Source of the DNA: an uncultured Rickettsiales bacterium
Lineage (GTDB): Bacteria > Pseudomonadota > Alphaproteobacteria > RF32 > CAG-239
DNA length: 64,000 bases
Assembly (NCBI GenBank): GCA_900551865.1
Contig: URXV01000004.1
Span: forward strand, 5,597 to 69,596
Direction: 5' to 3'
Shown here: piece after piece, positions 43,036-53,088 of the stretch
How the letters are laid out: each line of letters opens with the position of its first letter
Numbering within the stretch: position 1 is the stretch's first letter
Made by a program: the position numbers and the translations under genes
The notes under the pieces: generated by a model
Seen by the model: the letters and a program-made list of their open reading frames with translations, nothing else
The model's database searches: none
What the model was told of the DNA's origin: nothing

Positions 43036-44756
43036 TACTCTACTCCGTTTTTGCGCATAATCGCTTTTTGCTGGATGATAGACAGGATATTGCTCAAAGT
43101 CCAGTAAATAACCAGACCGGAAGCAAAATGGCCGAGCATAAAGGTAAAGAATACCGGCATCAGGGCAAACATCCTCGCCTGGTCTTTATTAACCGGTGCC
43201 GGATTAAGTTTTTGCTGCATCCACATGGTGAACCCCATAAAGATGGGCCATAAGCCGATATCAATAAATCCCGGAACATAAATATGAAGAATTTGCGACA
43301 GTGTCAGCGGATCCGGGGCAGACAGGTCTTTAATCCAGCCGATAAACGGGGCATGCCGAATCTCAATTGCAATGTTCAAAACCTTATACAGTGAGAAAAA
43401 TACCGGAATTTGAATCAGCAGCGGCAGACAGCCCGAAGCCGGATTAATCTTTTCCCGCTTATAAAGTTCCATTGTCGCCTGCTGAATAAGCATTTGATTG
43501 TCGCCGTATTTGCTGCGGATATCGTTGATTTTCGGCTGCAGTGCTTTCATCTTTGCCATACTTGTATAAGACTTGTTGGCAATAGGGAACATGCACAACC
43601 TGAGCAAAGCGGCAAAAAGCAAAATAGCCCAGCCCATATTGCCGAGAAAGCCGTACAAAAAGTCCAAGATATAAAAGAACGGCTTTGTCAGGAAATAATA
43701 CCAGCCGAAATCAACAGCCAAATCAAACTTGGGAATATGGTTTTCTTTGGTATATTTATCCAGAAGTTTCACCTCTTTGGCTCCTGAAAACAGTCTATAG
43801 GAATAAGAGGCCTCTCCGCCGGCAGGAAGGATAACCCTTGACCCAAGAAAATCAGCCTGATAGTTGTAATCGCCGTTATTTTTAAAAGTTACTTTGGCTT
43901 TGTCTTGGTTGCCGAGGATTAAAGCTGAAAACCAATAGCGGTCAGAAAAGCCAAGCCAGCCGCCGGAAGTTTCAAAACTCTCGCTGTCATCGCTGTCTAA
44001 ATCTTTGTATTTTAGTTCATGAAGCGTATTGTTAATAACGCCGTTCATACCTTCATGCACAACGGAGCGCGTTTGAGCCATATCTTTTATATTGCGGCTG
44101 ATAAGGGCATAAGGGAACAGCTCGATTTCTTCTTTTGTATTGTTTACAACAGTGTCATCAATCGTAAAAAGATAATTTTTATCCATAGAAATTTTTCTGG
44201 TAAATATAAGTCCTTGTCCGTTTTCCCAACTCAAAACGATAGGTTTGTCAGGCGTAAGAGCAGTATCCTGCGTCCTCCAGATGGTATTGGCCGTCGGCAA
44301 TGCCAGATTCTTGTCCAATGAAAGCCATCCCAAGTCAGCAAAATATTGGTTTGCCGTTTGAGCAGGTTTTAACAATTCGACTTTGGAACTGTTTTCCTCT
44401 AAAGAAACGTTATATTTTGTCAGATACAAATCGTCAAAACGGGCGCCTTTTAGCCTGATGCTTCCGGCAACGGAATTATTTTCAAATTTAATACGGGCAT
44501 CTTCGGCAACAGCATCTTCGGTTGTTTTAACTGCTGCGGGAGAAACCTTTTCGGCAGCAGGATGTTTGAATTGCTCCGTAGCCTGTTCAATTTCGGATAT
44601 TTGCCGCTGGACAGCGCTCTTCTTGTCAATGCCGAAAAAATAGTTGACGGAATAAATGGCAATAAAGGACAATAAAATTGCCAGCGACAGAGATCTCAAT
44701 TCATCTTTCATCTTTAATATGTCTCCTGCAGTATTGTTTCTCTTTAATAATTTCAC
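43035..44756 (-). CDS. yidC: Membrane protein insertase YidC
   Basis: 573 aa. N-terminal TM, a large periplasmic domain, and a C-terminal 5-TM core (GCLPLLIQIPVFFSLY). Confidence 0.9.
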   Translation of the reverse strand: MKLLKRNNTAGDILKMKDELRSLSLAILLSFIAIYSVNYFFGIDKKSAVQRQISEIEQATEQFKHPAAEKVSPAAVKTTEDAVAEDARIKFENNSVAGSIRLKGARFDDLYLTKYNVSLEENSSKVELLKPAQTANQYFADLGWLSLDKNLALPTANTIWRTQDTALTPDKPIVLSWENGQGLIFTRKISMDKNYLFTIDDTVVNNTKEEIELFPYALISRNIKDMAQTRSVVHEGMNGVINNTLHELKYKDLDSDDSESFETSGGWLGFSDRYWFSALILGNQDKAKVTFKNNGDYNYQADFLGSRVILPAGGEASYSYRLFSGAKEVKLLDKYTKENHIPKFDLAVDFGWYYFLTKPFFYILDFLYGFLGNMGWAILLFAALLRLCMFPIANKSYTSMAKMKALQPKINDIRSKYGDNQMLIQQATMELYKREKINPASGCLPLLIQIPVFFSLYKVLNIAIEIRHAPFIGWIKDLSAPDPLTLSQILHIYVPGFIDIGLWPIFMGFTMWMQQKLNPAPVNKDQARMFALMPVFFTFMLGHFASGLVIYWTLSNILSIIQQKAIMRKNGVE

Positions 44757-44800
44757 TCTTTCTAATATAAAAAAGCCGTTTTGTAAAGCATTATAGGGGG

Positions 44801-45097
44801 TTAATCCGTATCTTTGTTTTGTAGCCGGGGATTCTGCTTTGTTTGTTCTTTTGCCTGAGGAACGGGGTCATAGCCGGAGCCGCCCCAGGGATTGCATCGA
44901 AGCAGGCGCTTTATGCCTAAAATGGAACCGTGGAACAAGCCGTGCTCCTGAATGGCCTGCAGCATATATTCCGAACAGGTTGGCGTATAGCGGCAGGCAT
45001 GAGGCAGCAATGGCGATATCCATTTTTTATAAAACCGCAGCGAAGATGTAACGAAAACAAACAGAATATTGCGGCAAATATGGAGAGCTTTTTTCAT
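44801..45097 (-). CDS. yidD: Membrane protein insertion efficiency factor YidD
   Basis: [31 protein letters not shown] motif. Confidence 0.85.
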   Translation of the reverse strand: MKKALHICRNILFVFVTSSLRFYKKWISPLLPHACRYTPTCSEYMLQAIQEHGLFHGSILGIKRLLRCNPWGGSGYDPVPQAKEQTKQNPRLQNKDTD

Positions 45098-45105
45098 TGT
45101 GCCTC

Positions 45106-45522
45106 TTAGGCAACGGAGTTGTCAGGCTTTACCGGAACAGCATCGTCGCAAGGCGTGTCACGGTTTTCATCGTTTTGTGGAACAAAGTTTTTATTAATGC
45201 GTTTAATGGCATAAATAACATCTTTTTTCAATTCCTTGAAATTGCATTCGGCAGTAGAAAGCCGTGCAATAAAAACATAATCAACCCCGGGCGCGGCATA
45301 ATGCGGCAAAACGTCTCTGGCAATAGCGCGCAACCGTCGTTTGCTTTTGTTGCGGATAACGGCATTGCCGATTCTTTTGGTTGCGGTATAACCGGTCATA
45401 ATGTCCGGTGTTGCAGATAAACTATGAGCCGCCTGAAGAACCATATTGTGTGTTGCAACATGAAAACTCTGGGCGACCCGTAGAAAATCTTTTCTTTTTT
45501 TAAAAGTAAGTATTTTTGTCAT
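45106..45522 (-). CDS. rnpA: Ribonuclease P protein component
   Basis: Small basic protein between rpmH and yidD. Contains the RNase P protein-like block [20 protein letters not shown]. Confidence 0.8.
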   Translation of the reverse strand: MTKILTFKKRKDFLRVAQSFHVATHNMVLQAAHSLSATPDIMTGYTATKRIGNAVIRNKSKRRLRAIARDVLPHYAAPGVDYVFIARLSTAECNFKELKKDVIYAIKRINKNFVPQNDENRDTPCDDAVPVKPDNSVA

Positions 45523-45533
45523 CTGCTTATAAA

Positions 45534-45668
45534 CTAAGCTGAAAGTCTTTTACGACCTCTCGCGCGGCGGGCAGCCAAAACCTTGCGGCCGCCGGCAGTT
45601 GCCATACGGGTACGAAATCCGTGACGGCGGGCTCTTACCAGCTTACTGGGTTGATAGGTACGTTTCAT
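45534..45668 (-). CDS. rpmH: 50S ribosomal protein L34 (not in the supplied ORF track)
   Basis: The reverse-strand translation is [44 protein letters not shown]. Confidence 0.9.
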   Translation of the reverse strand: MKRTYQPSKLVRARRHGFRTRMATAGGRKVLAARRARGRKRLSA

Positions 45669-45873
45669 ATTAAATCTCCGGTTAGTTATTAATTATTTAA
45701 AGGCAGGCTAAACGGCCGCCTCTCGGTTTACGCAACCTCTTATAAAAGCAAATATCTAAGAAGTCAATATTTTTTTGCACCCCGGACCGATGGCGTAAAA
45801 ACAAAGAAATGACTTGAAAAATAAAATAGTTGTGTTATAAAACTTATATATTTTGGAGGTTTGCGTTCTTGCC

Positions 45874-46230
45874 ATGATTATAGACAGCAAAAATGAAACA
45901 CAAAAAAGTATTTTGACCAATAAGTGTTTTTATCAGACGACAGCTCAAATTATGCATGAATTTGAGAAAAAGGGATATGCTAATTCGGCTGATGAAACCG
46001 CTAAAGTTATTGCTGCATATCATGATTTGGTTCAGAAAAAAGCCAAAAATAACTTTAGCAAAGATTATAATGAGGCATTTAAAAAAATTGACGATGCCAT
46101 TAAGGGGCTGGCCAATAAGGTATTTTACGGATATGAAAATAAAAGTCTTGACTATGCCTATAAATCATTTGCAAAATTTGACTATATTAATGCTATAATC
46201 GGTCGCCAGAGAATTAAAAAGAAACTCTGA
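45874..46230 (+). CDS. Small hypothetical protein (AT-rich orphan)
   Basis: RBS GGAGG then ATG at 45874. Lys-rich and helical. No recognisable family. Confidence 0.4.
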   Translation: MIIDSKNETQKSILTNKCFYQTTAQIMHEFEKKGYANSADETAKVIAAYHDLVQKKAKNNFSKDYNEAFKKIDDAIKGLANKVFYGYENKSLDYAYKSFAKFDYINAIIGRQRIKKKL

Positions 46231-46432
46231 TTTTTCCCCATTTATCCTTTTTTTTAAATTAAAGTAAGGATTTCTTATCTGTCCAATAATGCTCTGTCCG
46301 GTGCATATTCGGCCAAATAAGGGTATTTCCTCAACAGGCTTGTTGATTCTTTATAATCTTGATTTGCCAAGACGGGAAAAGGAGCATACGATAAAAACAT
46401 AACATAATATTATATTGCAAAAGGATTTCGAT

Positions 46433-47407
46433 ATGTCTGAAATTTCTGTTATTGGCAGTGGCCGTTGGGGAACTTTCCTTGCCTGGTATGCTGCAAACTG
46501 CTGCGGAATGGAGAGGGTGAAAATATACAGCCGTCCGACATCTCCCGATTTTATTGAATTGAAGGAAACGCGCAAAAATGCATATTTGTCGTTGTCGGAC
46601 AATATGTTTCTGTATGAAAAAGTTTCGGAAGTCTTGGATAACGATTTTATCATTATCTCTATTGGCAGCCAACATCTGCGTTCGTTGGCAAAAGAGTTGA
46701 ACGGGTATAATGTCGCCGGTAAAACCTTTTTGCTGGCAATGAAAGGACTGGAAGAACCAAACGCAACGTTGTTGAGTACGGTTATGCGTGAGGAAATTAA
46801 GCAGCCGATTCATATTGCGACCTTAGGCGGGCCGGGGCATGTTCAAGATTATATGAAAAAAGTTCCGTCCTGTGCCGTGATAGACAGCGATGAGGAAGAG
46901 GTTAAAGGCCGTGTTATCAAAATGCTGCAAAGTGATTTGATACGGTTTTATTATGGTGCAGATTTTATAGGCAATCAGATAGGTGCGGCGCTCAAAAACG
47001 TTATTGGCATAGCGGCAGGTATTTTGGATGGTCTGGAATGGTATGGGTTAAAAGGCGCACTGATGGCGCGTGCACCGGTAGAGGTCGGGCGCTTTATTAA
47101 GCATTTTGGCGGCAATCCGATGACTGCTTATGGGCTGTCTCATTTGGGGGATTATGAGGCAACGCTGTTTTCGAAGCATAGTCATAATCGTATGTTTGGA
47201 GAAATGTTTGCTAAAGGAGAGGGGTTTGGCAAATTGGCCGAGGGATATTATACCCTAAAGGCAGTAAAAAATATTGCCGACAGGGAAAACATCAATATGC
47301 CGATATGTCAGGCTTTATATAAAGCTGTGTACGAAGGGGCAGATGTAAAGCAGACTATTCGCTCAATGTTTGACCGCGACCTCAAACATGAGTTTGAGCA
47401 GTTCTAA
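46433..47407 (+). CDS. gpsA: NAD(P)H-dependent glycerol-3-phosphate dehydrogenase family protein
   Basis: N-terminal Rossmann motif ISVIGSGRWGT. Also GPGHVQD and ALKNVIGIAAGI blocks. The ORF is open from 46415. Confidence 0.75.
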   Translation: MSEISVIGSGRWGTFLAWYAANCCGMERVKIYSRPTSPDFIELKETRKNAYLSLSDNMFLYEKVSEVLDNDFIIISIGSQHLRSLAKELNGYNVAGKTFLLAMKGLEEPNATLLSTVMREEIKQPIHIATLGGPGHVQDYMKKVPSCAVIDSDEEEVKGRVIKMLQSDLIRFYYGADFIGNQIGAALKNVIGIAAGILDGLEWYGLKGALMARAPVEVGRFIKHFGGNPMTAYGLSHLGDYEATLFSKHSHNRMFGEMFAKGEGFGKLAEGYYTLKAVKNIADRENINMPICQALYKAVYEGADVKQTIRSMFDRDLKHEFEQF

Positions 47408-47433
47408 ATTTTTATTTTTTCAATATGTAAGTA

Positions 47434-47462
47434 AAAGCGCTGATTTTTAATGTCAGCGCTTT
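47434..47462. terminator. Bidirectional hairpin terminator between convergent gpsA and recF
   Basis: Perfect 10-bp stem AAAGCGCTGA/TCAGCGCTTT with a 9-nt loop, flanked by A/T runs. Confidence 0.65.
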
Positions 47463-47498
47463 AAGTATTATCTTTTGTGGAAAGGCGCTGCTTAAAAA

Positions 47499-48734
47499 TC
47501 AACCGAGGACAATTTCCCGAACCGTATTGTCTTTGACTTCAAAAAATTGAGCGTTTTCTCTGATGCTTAAAAATTCAAATAAAGTTGTTGTCGTAAGCCA
47601 GGCCTGTAAATGCATTGCTTTTATTTTTGACAGCAGGGCGTCTTTTTTAGAGTCGTCCAAATGGGCGGCAACCTCGTCAAGCAGCAATATCGGCGGGATT
47701 CCTCGGCTGTGAAGCAGAGATTTTGCCTGCGCCAGTATAATGCTCAGTAAAAGGGATTTTTGTTCCCCGGTAGAACAGAGACCCGCAGGAACATTTTTCT
47801 TTTTATAAACGGCGCATAAATCCGTTTTGTTAATGCTGCTGCTTGAATCGTTGAATAAAATACTGCGTCTTTGGTTAAACAGGGATTCTCGATAAAAGTC
47901 TTCAACGTAAATTGCCGGTTTTGTATCCAGCATTTGTTCAATAGTGCCGTCAAGGGTCAATACGGCCTCGGGAAAAACATCGTCGGGATTCTGTTCAATG
48001 AAAGCATTAAGCTTTTGTACCTGTTCCCTGCGTGCGGCAGCGATGGCAACGCCGATTCCTGACATCTGCTCTTCTAATGCCGTCAGCCAGGAATTATTTA
48101 CATTCCCGCTTTTTAATATTTGCTGCCATTGCCGGTATAAATTTTCGTATGAGGAAAGTCTGCGAGCGTGTTCTGTGTCAAAAGCATAGACAATCCGGTC
48201 CAAAAAACTGCGCCGAGGTTGGGTTCCGCCAAGAAAGAGGCGATCCATTTGCGGTGTAACCCAAATGATGGATAAATAATTTCCTAACTCGTTTTGTGAA
48301 GGCAGTTTCTGGTTATTGACTTGGACGATTCGCCTTTCTACTTCTTTGGCTTCATTGAAATCAGTTTCTTTCATGACACTTTCTACGGCAGTACCCAAGC
48401 TGAATTCCTCGCCGGCTTTTTCAATTTGTGCCGAAACAGCCCAGCCGCTGTTGTTGATAAAAACAGGAGTCTTTTGCTTATCCGCCAAAAAATCAAAAGT
48501 CTTAATTTCGGAAAGTTTTGCGCTGCGCAAACCGCGCCCTTGCGATAAAAAAGAAACAGCTTCCAAGACATTGGTTTTGCCGCTTCCATTTTCGCCGCTC
48601 AGAATAATAAACGGCTGCGTCAAGTTTAAGCGCAGATATTTATAGTTCCGAAAATTAACTAAGGTCAGGCGCCTGACGGCAGACCCAACCTTAGTTTCTT
48701 CTTTGTTTGTATTCGAATAAACCGCTGCGCTCAC
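47499..48734 (-). CDS. recF: DNA replication and repair protein RecF
   Basis: Walker A GENGSGKTNVLEA and LLLDEVAAHLD. It lies directly downstream of dnaN. Confidence 0.9.
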   Translation of the reverse strand: MSAAVYSNTNKEETKVGSAVRRLTLVNFRNYKYLRLNLTQPFIILSGENGSGKTNVLEAVSFLSQGRGLRSAKLSEIKTFDFLADKQKTPVFINNSGWAVSAQIEKAGEEFSLGTAVESVMKETDFNEAKEVERRIVQVNNQKLPSQNELGNYLSIIWVTPQMDRLFLGGTQPRRSFLDRIVYAFDTEHARRLSSYENLYRQWQQILKSGNVNNSWLTALEEQMSGIGVAIAAARREQVQKLNAFIEQNPDDVFPEAVLTLDGTIEQMLDTKPAIYVEDFYRESLFNQRRSILFNDSSSSINKTDLCAVYKKKNVPAGLCSTGEQKSLLLSIILAQAKSLLHSRGIPPILLLDEVAAHLDDSKKDALLSKIKAMHLQAWLTTTTLFEFLSIRENAQFFEVKDNTVREIVLG

Positions 48735-49853
48735 TTAGATTCTCATTGGCATCAGAACATAAATGGCACTGTTGTCGGAAGTGTCGTTGATAACGGTAGC
48801 GGCGGCACTGCCGGACAAACTGAAACGAACTTCTTCGCCTTTAATTTGTGCTAAAATATCCAACAGATAACGGAAGTTATAACCGGTATCAATCGATTCC
48901 TTGTCATATTTTGCTTCTAGTTCTTCGGTAGCGTTACCCAACTCGGCATTTGATGCTGCAATAGTTACATGATTCGTATCTGTTATCATGCGGATTCCCC
49001 TGCTTCTTTCGGTAACAACGGAAACACGGTCAACCGCAGCAGCCAGCTCCTTCACGTTAACTTCAAGAATTTTATCGTTGTCGGTCGGGATAACGCGCTC
49101 ATAGTCAGGGAAAGTTCCGTCAATAAGCTTAGAAGTCAAAGTGATGTCTTCAAAAGAAATGCGCACTTTGTTTTCAGACAAAGCCATCGTAACGTTGTCA
49201 GTCGACGCGTCATCAAGCAGCTTTCTGATTTCCAAAACAGATTTTCTCGGAATAATAACTCCTTCAAGCTTTTCAGCCCCATCGGGTAACGGGGATTCGG
49301 CACAGGCAAGCCGATGTCCGTCTGTCGCTACAACGCGGAGAACTTTGGCATCACCTTCGTTTTTAGCATGAACATATAAGCCGTTCAAATAATAGCGCGC
49401 TTCTTCCACCGAAGCAGAAAACTGCGTGCGGTCAATCAAAGTCTTCAGTTCATCACGGCTGATGTCAAAATTAATCGGCAGGTCATCACCGGATATAATC
49501 GGAAAATCTTCGACACCGATAGTTGATAATGAAAATTTAGAACGCCCGGACGCAATACTTAAAGCATTCTTGTCGTCAGGGTAAGTTATTTCGACATCCG
49601 AGCCGTCGGAAAGTTTCCTGACAATGTCATAAAGCATATGAGCCGGAGCTGTCGTAGCTCCTTCTTCAATAACTTTCGCTTCAACGATTTCGGTAATCTC
49701 AATATCCATATCCGTTGCTTTAAAGTTAATGCTTCCGCCTTTGGCTTCGATTCGGACATTCGATAAAACCGGAATCGTATTCCTTTTCTCAACAATGCTC
49801 TGTACATGGCTGAGAGTCTTTAACAGATGTGCACGTTCAATTGTAAATTTCAT
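48735..49853 (-). CDS. dnaN: DNA polymerase III beta sliding clamp
   Basis: 372 aa. MKFTIERAHLLKTLSHVQSIVEKRNTIPVLSNV start and LMPMRI end. It sits between dnaA and recF. Confidence 0.9.
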   Translation of the reverse strand: MKFTIERAHLLKTLSHVQSIVEKRNTIPVLSNVRIEAKGGSINFKATDMDIEITEIVEAKVIEEGATTAPAHMLYDIVRKLSDGSDVEITYPDDKNALSIASGRSKFSLSTIGVEDFPIISGDDLPINFDISRDELKTLIDRTQFSASVEEARYYLNGLYVHAKNEGDAKVLRVVATDGHRLACAESPLPDGAEKLEGVIIPRKSVLEIRKLLDDASTDNVTMALSENKVRISFEDITLTSKLIDGTFPDYERVIPTDNDKILEVNVKELAAAVDRVSVVTERSRGIRMITDTNHVTIAASNAELGNATEELEAKYDKESIDTGYNFRYLLDILAQIKGEEVRFSLSGSAAATVINDTSDNSAIYVLMPMRI

Positions 49854-49979
49854 TATTTTTATCCTAAAAAAAGACTTATCTTTATCTTCTTACACTCTAC
49901 CACAAATCAGCAAAAGCAGAAGTCAAAAAATAAGTCTTCAACAATTTTTTTGTTTAAGCCCAAAATCCGGAAAACCAAA

Positions 49980-51446
49980 TCAGTTTTCAAGAGTCCGTCT
50001 TAAAATTTCAATGTTTTCAGCCAAGGACTGATCCTCAATAATCAGTTCCTCAACTTTCCGAACCGCATGCATAACCGTCGTGTGGTCGCGGTCAAACTTG
50101 CGTCCGATTTCCGGCAGCGAACGCGATGTGAGCTGCTTAGCCAGATACATAGCTACCTGCCTCGGTCTGGCAACCGTTCTTGCTCTGCGCGAAGATTGGA
50201 GCTCTTTTACTGAAATATTAAAATGTTCGGCAACTTTCTTTTGAATTTCATCAATCGTTGTTTTTCTGTCAATGGAACGCAACATATCTTTAAGAACGTC
50301 CTGCGTCATATCAAGCGTGATTTCTTTGCCGGAAAGCAGCTGCGAATGTGCGGCGACTCTTTTAAGGGAACCTTCCAGTTCGCGAACATTAGAGGTAATC
50401 TTCTGTGCCAGAAATTCGGCAACCTTTTGCGGAAGATCGATTCCCATTAATTCTGCCTTTTTTTGCAGTATTCCCATTCTCAATTCAAAATTCGTCGGCA
50501 TAATATCTACCACCAATCCGCCGACCAAACGTGATTTCAGGCGCTCTTCGATTCCGTCCAAATCCGTCGGCGACTTGTCTGCCGAAATAATAACTTGCTT
50601 GCCCTCTTCAACCAATGAACTGAATGTATGGAAAAACTCTTCCTGAGTAGTTCCTTTGTTTCCCATAAATTGAAAGTCATCAACCATCAGGACATCTACG
50701 GAACGGAACTGTTCCTTAAAGGCTGCGGTATCTTTGTAGCGCAGGGCTTTCACGAATTTATAAACGAATTGTTCGGCCGTTAGATAAATAACGTTGCGAT
50801 TCGGATCATTTTTTTTAATGTGCCAGATAATTGAGTGCATCAAATGCGTTTTGCCCAAACCAACGCTGGAATACAGAAACAAAGGGTTAAAAGAAACATT
50901 TTTAGATTCGGCGACCTTACGGGCGGCAGCATAAGCAAACTCATTGGTCTTTCCGACAACAAAATTTTCAAAAGTATAATTGGGGTTTAATGGAGCGCCG
51001 TTAGTCGTATTGCTGTTGCTTTTTATGCTGTCATTGGCAAGATTGGCTCCGGCAACAAGCCCAAACGAACTGCTGTTAATGTTACAGCCATAAATGTTTT
51101 GCGGTGTCGGTGTCGAGGATATCTTTTTTAACAAGGATGTATCAACGCTGCGCCGGTCGCTGAAACCTGTCTGTACGATAAAGTTTATTTTTTTGATGTT
51201 CGGATTCTGCTGTTCCCATATTTTATTGATTCGATCCGAATAATGAGTTACAACCCAGTTTTTCATGAAAGCCGTCGGAGCGCAAATATTCATTACCCCG
51301 TTACTGAAGTCTCCGACTGTAAGCGGTTTCAGCCAACTGTCAAACGCAGTCTCCCCAAACTCCATTTTTAACTGGCTGCAAATTTGGCTCCATTGGGTAT
51401 CAATGGGTCTTCCCTCACTTACATATGCTTCTTCTGCCATATCCAT
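49980..51446 (-). CDS. dnaA: Chromosomal replication initiator DnaA
   Basis: AAA+ Walker A GLGKTHL, and a C-terminal DNA-binding block RDHTTVMHA. Confidence 0.9.
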   Translation of the reverse strand: MDMAEEAYVSEGRPIDTQWSQICSQLKMEFGETAFDSWLKPLTVGDFSNGVMNICAPTAFMKNWVVTHYSDRINKIWEQQNPNIKKINFIVQTGFSDRRSVDTSLLKKISSTPTPQNIYGCNINSSSFGLVAGANLANDSIKSNSNTTNGAPLNPNYTFENFVVGKTNEFAYAAARKVAESKNVSFNPLFLYSSVGLGKTHLMHSIIWHIKKNDPNRNVIYLTAEQFVYKFVKALRYKDTAAFKEQFRSVDVLMVDDFQFMGNKGTTQEEFFHTFSSLVEEGKQVIISADKSPTDLDGIEERLKSRLVGGLVVDIMPTNFELRMGILQKKAELMGIDLPQKVAEFLAQKITSNVRELEGSLKRVAAHSQLLSGKEITLDMTQDVLKDMLRSIDRKTTIDEIQKKVAEHFNISVKELQSSRRARTVARPRQVAMYLAKQLTSRSLPEIGRKFDRDHTTVMHAVRKVEELIIEDQSLAENIEILRRTLEN

Positions 51447-52221
51447 CTCCCACAGTTAGATATTGTTACATAAATTCATAGTTATTTATTGTTATCCTGA
51501 AAATTCCGCCGCAGCTGTTCTGTATGCCAAATGTAAATGCTTTATGTTTAATATACTTGTACGTGACACGGGCTGTTACACCGGTTTGCGTAATCTATGA
51601 AAAGCTGACATATGTTACTGAAAGCTGTTTTCGAAATTTTCCGTTAACATATTTAATATCAAAATAATTTAATAAACTTATACCGTTATATCGCGAAATC
51701 CCGATACAAACAATATGACGCCATAAAACCAAAATCCGATTCTCCGTTTCGGAAATGTCGGCATTATAGCGAAAGCTCAAGCAAAATCTGAATACAATCA
51801 TACTATCTCACATTTAGGATATTATTTAAAAATATCCTTAGTAAATTTATTCAAAATTTACTTGAGGCGGCGGAATTCACCGCTTCACCAAATTATTATA
51901 CGGTTTCTTTTCATCATGCCGGCAACGCACATTCCATATCTTTAGGAATCTCTGGTTGCAGGCAAAAGTTGCCGTAAAATAATAAAAGTGCTATCATCAG
52001 AGAAAGTATCGAATTTTTTTTTATTACAAAGCCTGTCAGATTTTTTTTGATATGCCAAGCTTCAATTATAAAGTTCAACTCTCTTTGCTCTCATCTCATA
52101 ACATGGTGAAACCATACGAAATAAAAATATAAAAGACAATAGCATATTTTAAGAAAATTTAAATAAAACTGCTTGACACAGATTCTAAAAAAGATTCGTA
52201 ACAAGTCTTTGAAAAATAAAC

Positions 52222-52262
52222 AAAAAAGCGCAAACACCCTCTAACAGAAACGGTGCTTGCGC
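52222..52262 (-). terminator. Rho-independent terminator downstream of rpsT
   Basis: 11-bp stem GCGCAAGCACC/GGTGTTTGCGC (one mismatch), followed by T6 on the minus strand. Confidence 0.6.
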
Positions 52263-52287
52263 AACTGAAAAATCAAGAAAAGAAAAA

Positions 52288-52548
52288 CTACAGAGCTTTT
52301 ACTTTTTGGCTTAAACGCGAAATTGTACGGGAAGCCTTGTTTTTGTGAAATACGCCTTTCTGGGCAGCTCTCATCATTTCGCTCTCAGCAACTTTTAAAG
52401 CCGTCGATGCTGATTCCTTATCACCGGACAGAACCGCTGCAATAACTTTTTTTACAAAAGTTCTGACTCTGCTTCTGCGTGCGCCGTTGATAATGCTTCT
52501 TTTGTTGTTTCTGTTTATTCTTGTTTTTGCCGATTTATGGTTGGCCAT
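52288..52548 (-). CDS. rpsT: 30S ribosomal protein S20
   Basis: [30 protein letters not shown].. is a typical S20 N-terminus. Confidence 0.9.
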   Translation of the reverse strand: MANHKSAKTRINRNNKRSIINGARRSRVRTFVKKVIAAVLSGDKESASTALKVAESEMMRAAQKGVFHKNKASRTISRLSQKVKAL

Positions 52549-52654
52549 ATTTTTTATCCTGTCTTAAAATTTAAGTTAAACACAAATAAAATTCTGACAC
52601 ACTTATACTCTATAATCCGGGATAGTCAACAGATTTTTTTAAAAATCGTTAAAT

Positions 52655-53029
52655 TTAGCTTTTATTTTTCAAACTGATGCTGATTTTTAAAGGTGTTGTT
52701 TCAACTTGGTTTATTTCCAGAATGTCATTTTCTCTGCTGAATTGCAGAAATGTCGCGCTTCCGGCTTGTTCCGTCCAGCCGAGCTGTGGCAGAGTCTCTC
52801 GGTAAAATTTTTGTATATCGGCGAAATTTTTTTTGCGGACGGCGACCAGTTGCGCTTCAAGATACCGGGTTTCTTCGTTTCCGAATGCAATATCATCGCT
52901 TTCAATCTGCTTTAAGCCTTCCATTAGGGGGATGTCCTCAAAGCCGGAAACGAAATTTTTGGCAAAAGCTTCGGCTGATGTAAAACATAATCCGCAGATA
53001 AGTGTGAAAAAGAAAAATATTTTGTTCAT
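52655..53029 (-). CDS. Small secreted hypothetical protein
   Basis: Signal peptide MNKIFFFFTLICGLCFTSAEA. 124 aa. Confidence 0.5.
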   Translation of the reverse strand: MNKIFFFFTLICGLCFTSAEAFAKNFVSGFEDIPLMEGLKQIESDDIAFGNEETRYLEAQLVAVRKKNFADIQKFYRETLPQLGWTEQAGSATFLQFSRENDILEINQVETTPLKISISLKNKS

Positions 53030-53088
53030 ATTGGTTACCTCTGTTTTGTATTGTTTTCGTCAAAGTTTCATTTTATTGCGCAGATAGA

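Noticed and set aside
46331-46813. 160-aa minus-strand ORF overlapping the start of gpsA
   Set aside because: It overlaps a plus-strand gene with a clear Rossmann motif. Its translation is featureless, and the 5' part lies in the non-coding spacer.
51447-52287. Calling this spacer oriC
   Set aside because: No cluster of consensus DnaA boxes is visible by eye, and alphaproteobacterial origins are often not adjacent to dnaA. It is kept only as a low-interest note.
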